Source of the DNA: Calcarisporiella thermophila CBS 279.70
Taxonomy: Eukaryota; Fungi; Calcarisporiellomycota
Assembly (NCBI RefSeq): GCF_041956535.1
Contig: NW_027192201.1
Location: 796,206-860,205, forward strand
DNA length: 64,000 bases
Direction of reading: 5' to 3'
Both the position numbers and the translations under genes were made by a program. This document shows positions 12,898 to 24,000 of the stretch, one piece after another. Every line of letters begins with the position of its first letter. Within the stretch, counting starts at the first letter, position 1. A model generated the notes under the pieces. The model was not told where the DNA came from. It saw only the letters and a list, made by a program, of their open reading frames with translations, and ran no database searches.

Positions 12898-14634
12898 ATT
12901 CGGAAACTTGCCTACCAAGTTGTATATTTGCTTGCCCAAATTATTTGCTGAATGTATATAATTGTGGTATAAAAGTAGAATTTCTAGTTCATTCAGTATT
13001 TCCAAGTGTATACTTATTGTACCTTTTTGTAAGTTTTTTTCGAGCCCCTCTTATTTGACTCCTGTGCATTCGTGCATTAAAATTGACCATCATTTGATAT
13101 GAAGCGAGACGGAGCAAAGATGCAGAACGAGTGTATTGTAATTTGGATAAAGGTCGCTTACAAGGCCTTCACTGAATTTGGCATATTGCTTTATAGGTTG
13201 ACAAGCCTGTATTCTCTTGCTTGGCCTATGGAGCACCTATGTCATAATTTTAATATAATCACTATTCCATAGAGATCTTTTTTCCAATATAATGTTTCCT
13301 CTCCTTTTTCCATTCTATGCAAACTTGAGAGCCTTTATATTGTATGGTTCCTCCTACCCTTTACGTAATTGTGAATATTTTGTTACCGAACAAGAGTTAT
13401 TGCTGATCCGAAAGGGCTTTGCATCGAGGATACCCGTGGATAAGCTCCGGAAGTGGTCATTTTCTTATGACGAAGAGCTCGGCCCATAGTAAAAATGTAA
13501 ATCCATTGAGGCTGAATGTTAGTATGACGGCCAACCTCAATAGATTTTATTTTTATCGAATCGCTTAAACTCTTCTCCGATAAATCTTCAGCCGCACTAC
13601 AACATTGGTCTGAGGGTTCAGCAAAATTTTCTAGAGTTGCCTTCCCAGCTTCGCTTATATGACGTTACACTCAATAGCAGCTGGGATTACCAATCGGTTA
13701 TAAGTTTGGGATCGGTTAAAAGATAAATATCTAATTGACACTTTCGGCATAAAGATTGGCAAAAAACTTACAGTTCCAAACCATTAATTTTATTTATTAA
13801 AGTGAATATGCATCAATTATGTATGAAGCACCTATTGCGTCAACATGGGTTTAGAGAGGGGTATTTGGGGTAGGTTGAGAGGCGTCTATTCATTATATTT
13901 ACTATCATTCCATTGTTTATTTCGAGCAAAGGCAATTAAACTCAATGCTTTCCGGAAAGAGTCAAGGGTTTAGAGAAGATCGCACAGCAAACTCTTTGCG
14001 GGGAATTGAGTCAGTTAGACTATGTAGTAATTGCACAGCACAGTCCTGAGTGAAAAAGGTCCAATGGTTTCCAAATATTGAAATTTCAACAAAAGTGCAT
14101 CCTGTTATATCCATAAGATCATACTTACCGAACTGCCCTTATAGTCCGGAAGGTAAGCATATTCAAAATTTCTATATGCTTTTACAGGGTTATTTTTTTT
14201 TCCTCGGAGAGTTCTAGCCGCATTTTTTGTTCCCAGTTGTGAAGCTCCTCCCCAGCCGTTGCACTGTCATACTCAGATTGGCACAGGACATCGAAAATTG
14301 AACAGTTCTTAGCAAGCGGGTTGAATAAGAGTGTACTAATATTTCCCGGATCCCTTTTTCCCCGCTGAAAGTTGCAATTGTATGGCCTCATCAAAATAGA
14401 TGACTGCCAATCGGATTGCGGCCCAAATTGAACAATATATAAAAAGCAATACTCTCGCTGGTGCTTTTTCAGGAGTTTTCTCCACTCTTGTTCCTCATTT
14501 TATTTTTTTATATTATTATACACTTTTATTTTTTGTTATTCTTTTTGGCAATCACCTGCTAGCATTTGCATTGATATCACGATTTAAAATAAAGGAGGCA
14601 ATTGATTGCAAAACCTATAGTAGAAAAGGCTATT

Positions 14635-16411
14635 ATGCGTCCTCTCTCATTCCATTCACAGACACAACAGGATGATCACCCCTCACACCGATATGCACTT
14701 GAGCAGGGGATTGTCCCGGGTACGGAGCTCTTCGTCTACCGGCAGGAGGAAGCAGACCAAGAAGCAGAGCTCGAGGCTGCCTGGGATTCGGAGTCACCCA
14801 AATTTCAGACATTAGGATCTGCAGAGAGAAGTGATAAAACACTCGTTGGCAGGAAGAGTATGCATGAGGAAGCCAATGAAGTGAGTGACAGCGACGCAAG
14901 GACGGTTTCTTCAAGGACGCAAGCCGAAGGCTCGATACCAATTGCATTGCCAACTCCCCCAGATGGCGGTTACGGATGGGTCGTGGTTGCATCAACATTT
15001 GTTGTAAATTTTACTGTTTTTGGCATTATGTATAGTTGGGTAGAGTATTTTAACTTTTTGTCTAATCTACATTCTGCTTAATATGCTTGTGAACTAACCC
15101 GTATCTCTTCCTTACTGCTTTCTCCTTCTTTAACCTAGGGTATATACCAGGAATTATATTTGACAAAAGTGTTTAAAGGGCAATATTCGACTCTCACTGT
15201 ATCGTTCATTGGTTCACTGGGGTCTTCGCTACTTTTCTCTCTCGGAACATTCATCCCACCTCTTGTCAGTCGTATCGGAACACGAGGTACCATGGTCATT
15301 GGCATGCTACTAACTACTATTTCTCAAATCCTCGCTTCTTTCGCTACCGAGGTTGATATACCAGTATTATTTGATGTGTTGAAGCAGTATCTGATTTTCT
15401 CATACTATATTGGTTGTCTCTACTGTAGCTCTGGCATATCTTTCTTACCCAAGGTTTTCTATTTGGAGTCGGAGCGTCATTAATCTGGTTCCCCGCCGTT
15501 ATCTGTCCCCAACAATGGTTCCAGAAGCATCGTGGTGTTGCGATTGGAATCTCAATTGCAGGTGGAGGTATCGGAGGCCTAGCCCTTTCTCCTCTCGTCA
15601 ACACGGTCATCTTACGGTACGACTACCGTTGGTCGTTACGTGTACTTGGGCTTCTTGCCTTGGTTCTTCTCTCACTGGCCACCATTTTCACAAAACCTTT
15701 CTATAAAACCTCCGGAAGCCATAAGCATGCGAAAGCCAATCCATTTGATTTTAAGATTCTGACTCCCAAGCTACGTCTCTTGATGCTTTGTGGTTTCTTT
15801 ATCACATTTGGATATCTTGCCCCCTTCTTTATGCTCAACACCTATGCCAAATTCATCGGGGTGAATCCCAGCTTGGCCGCAACCTCTACTGGGATCATGA
15901 GCGGGGTAAACAGTTTAGCTAGAATTTTGATTGGGTTAACGGCAGATCATTTGTAAGTTATATTATTGCCTCCGTGTTGAAGCAAAAGTGTTTATCCATA
16001 CTCACCCTCAATTTGATTATTAGTGGTCGTATCAATGTCATGTTCATCTGTACTCTGCTTGCTGGTGCTGTTACCATGATTGTTTGGCCTCTTGCGAAAT
16101 CGTTTGAAGTGATGATGGTCTTCGTGGTATTCTATGGATTCTTTGGAGGCGGTTTCATCTCCCTTTACCCAGCGGTCATCGCCGATCTTGTACCTCCAAA
16201 AGATATCGCCGATGCGGTGGGGATGATTTATTTTGTAAATCTGTTTGGCAATCTATTTGGCACACCTATTGCTGGGGCGCTATTCGATATAACGGGCCGT
16301 ACCAGTTTCGTCCCCCTTGCCGAGTTCTGCGGCGGCTTGACCTTGTTTTCATCCATTTTCATCCTAATACTGAGGATATGGATTGACCGGAACCCTCTAA
16401 AAAAGATTTGA
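14635..16411 (+). CDS. MFS monocarboxylate transporter-like protein (SLC16/Mch family), tandem copy 2; 4 exons
   Basis: PPDGGYGWVVV, QWFQKHRGVAIGISIAGGGIGG, GYLAPFFMLNTYA; intron positions match copy 1. Confidence 0.93.
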
Positions 16412-17010
16412 AGGCCCGAGTACTATTCCTTAATACCTTGAATAATGCTGTATCCTAATTCCCCTATCAATATAACCATTTTGTATGAAGAAACAAATAG
16501 CTAAATAATAATCTTTTATCATCTTCAAAAAGAAGAAATTCTTTGGAAAAATATTAGATCCGAAATGGCAATTGATAAAATGGAGTGCAAGAGTGCACCT
16601 TGCTTATTATAAAGTAATAATTCTATTTTATGTGTGATTTAAAATTGTATTCTCTCGAGCTTATTTGTAACATTTCAATGCCATTCAGCAGGGTCGAGCG
16701 CCTCTTGGTCGACGTATAAAATAAGAAATATGACTCTTATTGGGCGATAATGGTGGTATAATATTGTATCGATATAAATAAACTAACTCACAGGTATTTA
16801 GCAGGTTTAAAATAGGACATCTTTTTCCTATGGAGAATATCATAGACCTAGTGCACTAACTCATTTTCTCTGGCAAACTTTCGAAATTTGCTATTCAATG
16901 TATAAGCCACTGACCAAGGCTGAAGCCGATTTTGTAGACTAGCCTTAAATCACAAGTGTCGTGCCATATATATCCCTTATGGACAGTGCCGTTATTTTTT
17001 GGATTTAGCT

Positions 17011-17727
17011 ATGATGCATTCGATTCATCATAAGGTCCTATTTAGAGCCTCACTTATTCGCCGCTCCTTTACCACCACTCATGATTCTCCGTTTGATGTG
17101 CTCCGACTTCCTCGTACAGCTTCCAATGCCGAGATTAAACGTCAATATCTAGAACTGGCAAAAGAGCTCCACCCTGATCGCCTCGGCCCGCAGGCAACGC
17201 GTGAGACTACGGAGCGCTTTCAAAAAGTTGTTAAAGCTTATGAGCTACTGAAACATCCTGGACGAAGGGAGCTCTATCTAAGGTGTGGCATCGGGTGGGA
17301 TCCTCCTTCTGTTAACCGCACCACGTCTCCCATGAGATCAGGTGGACGAGGTTACAGACCACCGCCCGGATTTGCATATGTGAATGAAAATTACCCTTCT
17401 GTCGATCCTAATGCTCCTAATCAGTACACATCCAATCCCACATTCATCACTCTTGTTGCCGCGGCAGCCGTACTAGGTGCTTTAATTCAATTTTATTGGC
17501 GTGTCGAATCAACTTCACAGTGGATGAAATCGAGTCAGCGGCAACATTTGGAGGCAGCAAAAAATTTGGCTCGAGCAAGGGAGGAAGCTAGGATATATGG
17601 GAGACAAAAAAAAATCGAGCAGTTATGGGAAGGGCGAATGCGAAGACATCGCGAGGAAAGCGAACGGCGTGCTTTAGAAAGGCATAATGTAGCCACAGAG
17701 GAAAGTAGACACACCTCAGCCAACTAA
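17011..17727 (+). CDS. Mitochondrial J-domain (DnaJ type III, Jid1-like) protein with one transmembrane segment
   Basis: Arg/Ser-rich presequence, then PFDVLRLPRTASNAEIKRQYLELAKELHPD...FQKVVKAYELL (HPD motif), then hydrophobic FITLVAAAAVLGALIQFYW. Confidence 0.88.
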   Translation: MMHSIHHKVLFRASLIRRSFTTTHDSPFDVLRLPRTASNAEIKRQYLELAKELHPDRLGPQATRETTERFQKVVKAYELLKHPGRRELYLRCGIGWDPPSVNRTTSPMRSGGRGYRPPPGFAYVNENYPSVDPNAPNQYTSNPTFITLVAAAAVLGALIQFYWRVESTSQWMKSSQRQHLEAAKNLARAREEARIYGRQKKIEQLWEGRMRRHREESERRALERHNVATEESRHTSAN

Positions 17728-18080
17728 TTCGAGACCTCGTCAGGTTATAGCGATAGTGATTGGAATACTGGCCAAGATTTGAGAGCGTAATTTTTTGGAT
17801 GAAAAGGAGACAAGTTGACGAGACTTGTAAAACCTCTTTTGAACCGAGATTTTTGTTGAGATCTGTTGCAGATGGACTATGGCTCTAGTAGTTTTATCCG
17901 GACTCTACTACCAGTGAAGCGATTCCAGGATCTATTTTTCCTTGGATGGACTTTTTTTTCCTTCAAAAATGTCATATCAATGTGCTGTAAATATAGGCGC
18001 TACGTATTTATTCAATAATTGTTCTATTTGTAATTATGTCGTATATCAAAGAAAAAACTGATCTAAATCAGTGTAAATAT

Positions 18081-19602
18081 TTACGCACTTGAGCCTCCGC
18101 CCAGAGTTATATTTTCGTTTGATGGAGGGCCGAATGTCCATAACATCAGGCGCTCGACAAATTCTCCATCAAGCACGTCAGACTCTTCTGCAGCCTTGAT
18201 GAGGGACTCTTGTGTTGGCTTCCTCATGCGCCATTCTTTAAGCACTTGCTCCAACTCTTCACGGGCGTTCGACTCAACTCCGGACTTCTGCGCAAATTCA
18301 AGAGTTTGAGCGAGACATAATCGTACCTCCATATCCGCGCCTTTCTCTGCTGCCTTTACGCCACGGCGATAGTAATGCAAAGCATTGCGGATAAGGGCAG
18401 GAAGACTCTTTTGTGTAAGCTCTCCGAAGGGTAAGCGAGCTCGGATGAGGCAAATATCGCCAGTTTTTGCCAGAATAGATGCGTTTTCAGGTTCTTGTTC
18501 CAATGCCGTCTGATACGCCTTAGTCGCATAGGCATACAAGTTCCAAATGCGTATTCTTTCCTCCTCAGCTTGTTCTTTTCCTGAAATTCCTGCAAGCATC
18601 TGGGACCTTGCTTGCGCGTATGACACAAGAACATCCCCTTTGTCACACAGAGCCTCCACGTGTTTAGGATCCTTTGCAATACATTCTTCCAATTTCTCGA
18701 GTGCTTCTTCAAATAGTCTAGCATCGCATCGTGCTGTTTCTCTCCATGCACGTTCTGCCTGTGAGGAGAGGGCGGACGCCCATTGGAGTTGGATTTCAAT
18801 CGTTCTGCTCTCCTCTGCAAAAGTAAGAGCCTGCTGGATCTTGGAAATAGCTTCACGATAAAGACGAGATGCGTCTGGCTGAGGTTTAAGGTAGGCAAGG
18901 GATATGAGGGCGTTGATAGTAGCCAGTAGTGTGTCCACTAATATATCCTTTGTGATCTTCTCATCGTCCTCGTCCTCGTCTTCATCCCTTGGCTCTTCTC
19001 CATCTGGTTCACTCTCATTTACATTCTTTTCATTCTCTTCTTGCTGAGCTAACGTATTTTCTTGAAGCTTGAACACTTGTTCGAAAATGGTTGTTGCCTC
19101 CTGCAATATTCTTTCACTTTCCGACTCATTATCAACTAGCTCTGCCAAAGTCACAAGGGCCTGCGCGAGATTAAATAGAGTATCTGGATTATCCGGGGTG
19201 ATTGACAATGAGGCGCGGAACTTAGATACAGCCTGATCGACAAGAGCCAATCTTTGCGAGGAATCAGATGCCGAATGGAAGTCGTTTAATAAATAGAGAA
19301 CGCGTCCCCTGACGAAAATCGATTAGAATTAAGCAAACTTGAAATGTTAATGTGAATAGTACCAGTTATAAAGACAATCCCCGTCTTCCTTGTTTAGTTC
19401 GTGCGCTTTACCGTAGAATTGTGCGGCACGCTCATAGAAACGCTGAGCACGATCTCCGCTTCCCCCATAACGCTCTGCTTTATCTTCGAGGGCAATGCCC
19501 TCTAATTAAATAATTGAGATTCAACGTGTCCAAGTCTTGGTTCGTAAAAAAATATAACATACCCTCCATGTACTCATCGAATGTAGTTGGTTCTTTAGAC
19601 AT
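18081..19602 (-). CDS. Conserved fungal TPR-repeat protein (resembles UPF0656-type proteins); 3 exons
   Basis: MSKEPTTFDEYME|EGIALEDKAERYGGSGDRAQRFYERAAQFY..DCLYNW|GR; TPR-like helices PDNPDTLFNLAQAL, DPKHVEALCDKGDVL, EPENASILAKTGD. The family name is from memory. Confidence 0.75.
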
Positions 19603-19898
19603 AATGTGAATAGTGTTTTTTTCTGGTAGGTTTTCTCGACCTACATTCAAAACCCCCTTTTGTGACTGATAATACTAATTTTCGAGACTTGTTTGTTATT
19701 TGGGAGATTACAAAACCTAACCTAATTATCCAAAATTTGTGCAATTAACTTTGTTAGGAAGGCAGGGTCTATCACCTCGATCGGCCCGAGCTGGTTTCTA
19801 TTAACATTGCTTCCTTCAACTCGCGACTTATGCATTTTATTTTTTTAGTTATTTAATTGTAATCTTACACCTCATTGTATATATAATTCTTACCAATT

Positions 19899-20823
19899 AT
19901 GTTTAATATTATGTTCCGCGCCGTAGGAATTCTCTCTACATTAGCAGGTGTTGTTTTCATACTTTTCATTGTAATTGGTTGCATTTCAAATAGACCTCTA
20001 TTGCCTGACATTTACTTCCTGGAGATACGACCTGCCAATTCCTCGGAATGGTACCGCTTCGGGTTATGGAATTCATGTATTTTCAATAGTTCTGGCGTTC
20101 TCTATTGCTTACCGCCACGAATCGGATATGCTGTTGGTGAGAACATGTAGTTTCTTTGATTGAGATTCATTAAAGGACTAATTGTGCTCGAGGTTAGATC
20201 CTAAGGCTCCATTTTACGGCCCTTTAAGTAAACAGCTTCAGAACGAAGGAGTGCTCGGGGCTCTTGGCTCGATTATTTCTGTGCTTTTCATTCCGGCCGC
20301 CCTACTCGCGCTAATTTCTCTCATTTGTGGAGTCTTGATGTTTTGTAGCCGAGAGTTTGGATTAATGGCTGTACTAGGAGCCCTTTTTGGCACTGGAATC
20401 ACCACGCTCGGATGGATTATAGCTGTTGTTTCCTATGATAAAGTCAAGTCTTTGCGCAAAATGCCCCAATATGAAGGCCTTCGAGTTTATTTTGGCCCGG
20501 CGACCTGGCTTTCGCTCGTCGCTATGTGTGTGCTTTTTTGTAGCAGTCTTTGTTTCCTTTTAGTGCTCGTGTGGCCTAATTTAAGCAGCAAGGGCGAGGT
20601 AGGGAAACTTAGGGCTAACCTTACAAGGCAAGAAAGGCAGGAAGTAGTGAGTTTTGACGACAAGGTATACGAGGAGAAAGTAGAGAGAGGAGTTGCTTCT
20701 GATAAGGAGTCTGTTAATTTCGAAAGTTCAGAATTCTCATCGTTTTCTTCCTCATCCTCTTCTTTTCGCTCCTCTTCCGCCTCCGTCTCATCCTCCTTTT
20801 ATTCCTCTTCATCCGTGGTATAA
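19899..20823 (+). CDS. SUR7/PalI family claudin-like tetraspan membrane protein; 2 exons
   Basis: N-terminal TM, DIYFLEI, YRFGLWNSC...C..PRIGY claudin-like motif, three more TM segments including FGPATWLSLVA, Ser-rich tail. Confidence 0.85.
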
Positions 20824-21063
20824 AAGAATTCTTTGGGCTCACTTGAATAACTTCGTGATCTTGTTATTATAGTTTACAACACTCTATTGTAGCTAATATA
20901 TAAATACTCTAATATACATGTCAAACGAAACTATTTCTTTCGGCTCCCTGGATCTTCAAGTAACTCAAATCTTACCATTTTCAAATAAAATCCAAATTAT
21001 TTATTCAAAAAAAAAAATTATATATCACATTTCGAAATAAAATATTACACCTATGCCATATTT

Positions 21064-24000
21064 TCACACTCCACCTCCCCTACGCCCTCTCTGTGGAGGA
21101 AAGCCTCCTCCATTTACTGGCCTCGGCCTTACATTGCTCGTGGATGCAGTAGGTCTGACTCCTCCGCGTCCTCCTCCACGCCCGCCAGAGCCACTTGGAC
21201 CAGGCCGAAAATGATCTCCACCATAGGGTCGCGGTGGCCTTCCAGGCCCTGGTGGATACATATGAGGTCTCGGCGAGCTATTATTCGCCGAGAAAGGAGG
21301 CCGTCCTACACGTGAATTAAACGGGGGTCGTGGTTGCACAGACTGTATAGGGTGAGGTTGCTGGAACCCACCAATTCCACCACCTCTGCCCGCACGTCCT
21401 CCTCTTCCAGCGCCTCGCATATTTGGATTCGGGTGGTGGTGAATCGGAGGTCTAGAATTTTTGTTCACTGTATTCCCACGATACTGCTGCTGTGTCAGAT
21501 TCAACACGGTATATGCAGGCACTCCCATTCCTCTGTACATGGAACATCTTCCGCCCAAGGTGGTTCCACCCATAAATGAATCGTCGAAAACAATTTCGAG
21601 CTGGCTGCCTTCCACGCCCACTACAGTGCCTTTGGTTGCGATGGGGACTACCCCCGAATCTATGACGGAGATGACTCGGTCACCAAGGGCAAAGTACTGG
21701 TCACGCAGGCGCGTTGGAGCATGTGAAGGCTTGAGTACAGCATGACGAGGAATGTTTTTGATAATCACTGTATGGTAGGTGGTCTCTTTACGCTGTAAAT
21801 CCGCGCATTTTTCTATCTTTGCAATTGAGGCCTATGAAAAGTGATATAGGTTGAAAACAATGAATATGTATGGGTGTGGCCTAGAAATGACGCTTTTACC
21901 TTATCCAACTGCACAGCATCCAAAGGTACTCTCTCCAACCCTGCTGCTTCCACTCCCTTAAGCCAGGCTCTGATTTCTTTAACCTTTTCAACTGCGTCGT
22001 GTGGGGGAGGTATCAGTGTCTCTGCCTGATAAAGATCATCGCGCATTCTCCGGTCAAGATTTGCAACAAATTCGGGGAACTTTTGTTTGTATTCTCGTAA
22101 AAGTGCAATTGCTTTATCACTATATTCCCATCCGTTTTCGGTTTTACGCGTATATCCAAGAACTTTTTGCTTTTTGGCCTCAAACTTCAAGTTCAGCCCC
22201 ACGTTAACGCGTTGATCTTGAGAAACTATGTGCAGAGATGCGGTCAGTTTACTAAGGGTCAGTGCATTGATGCCCAGCTGCTTTGCAACGACGAAGGACG
22301 GATAGTAACGGCATTCGCGTTCAAAACGCATTGCTATCTCCTGGCCAAAGGCTGGCTCATTATGTCTCGTTCCATTGGTTGTAACGATTAGCTTGATAGT
22401 CAGCGAGTTGTCTCCGTGATCGACTACTTCCGCAGGAGCACCATAATGCAATGCTCCCAAAAAGAATACATGTGTCCGAAGAGGAAATTCCTCGGTAATG
22501 GCCAGAGGAGGTCTTTCCATAAAACGTGGATCCTCGTATTCTACCTCAGCAACCGTGGTCTGAACCGCATACTCGACCTCTTCCTTACGGTCCCTCCACT
22601 CTTTCACCAGGCTACCGTCGTCCAGCCGCTTCAAGCCTTTCAACATAAGACAGTGTGCAACAATTTCCACAGGTCCAATGACAGTACCGAGACGCTTGCT
22701 GTATGCAGTCTCAATGTTCGCGGATCGACGTCGCCAGTTTTCACTCTTTTCTTCGGAATGCGCTGTGTACACAAGATTACCATCGTCTTTGACGAGCTCA
22801 TATCTTCCCATATCAGATGAGACAGCGATAACAAGTGCTTCCTGAAGGTAAGGCCAATTGATGTAAACCCGCTTATTTACTAATTCGTGGGCAACGTCTT
22901 CAGCAGATTGGTCCTCAAACCGGTTTTCAAGCGTGATAACCATAGTCTCATTCCTAAGGATATAGTTAGCGACTGATTTTGTGCATGTAAACTCTTCAAT
23001 ACTAACTTGCTCTCCTGCTGGAACACTTTTACGCCATGATATGCAAGTGCACCAGTGTGAGGAATAGTATGTAAGGTCGGGAATCCGGGAAGCGCGCTTG
23101 CTCCGAGTCGTGCTCCGTCACATAGACCACGTACGTAGGTGAGCCCTTCAGATAAAGTGGGCAAGTAGTATATTTCCTTTTTACAGCGACAGTTGACGAT
23201 GTCTAATGACCGTATTATTAATATAGTGTTAACTAAAACCCAATTGTCTCAAAAAAGCCAACCTGGAAAAACGCCTGGAAGTGACGAGGGATATTGTACA
23301 TCCTCCATTGTAGGGTCAAATTTGAAAACCAATGAATCTCCGAAACTATTTCGCTCCCTTTCCTCCGCCGTTAATTGATTCTCATGCCCTATAAGATTTT
23401 TCCAAATAAGTTACCAATTCTGCGTATGTATTGGCATGAGATCAGAGCCTACTTCTCATTGCTTTCAACAGTCGTCCTTCCTCGATGAATGGGATCTTTA
23501 CCACCGCTTCCCAATCCTGCTTTTTCCCGTTCATGTCAAGTTCGAATTCGAGCGGGTAAAAGTCGATGATAGGAGATGCAGGATCCGTCATTAAACTCTG
23601 TAATTAAAAAATAACGTGAGCAGTAGTTTAAATAAGAAAGTCGAGTATAAAACTGACTCTAAATGCCGGGGGAATCAAAGCTCCGCTCAATGAAGGCAAC
23701 ACCCCCATCAACTGCTCGAACGGTTTGAAGGGTTTACCATAGTCGAAAGATATTTCAAATCGATCCAAATTTCTTAAATCTAAATTGAAGAGATACCAGT
23801 TGAACAATCTGGTTGGACAGATTGAATATACAGAAACTTACCCGAGATCTTTGGTGAAAAATGGAACGGATAAAACCAACCCCATGATGCAACACCATTG
23901 TAATAATAGTGCAAAACCCATTGTAATCCTTCAAGATATGCTTTTACTATGCTGTCCATGTCCTCTTGTGAATCTATATCGAGACGCATTTTCTCCTAGA

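Noticed and set aside
9245-14013. TGAGTCA (Gcn4/AP-1) sites upstream of each MCT copy
   Set aside because: Single 7-mers at very different distances (about 1.85 kb and 0.6 kb); compatible with chance.
14141-14160. gtccggaaggtaagca resembling SRP RNA helix 8
   Set aside because: It lacks the CAGG/AGCAG symmetric loop and flanking helix, and looks as much like a splice donor.
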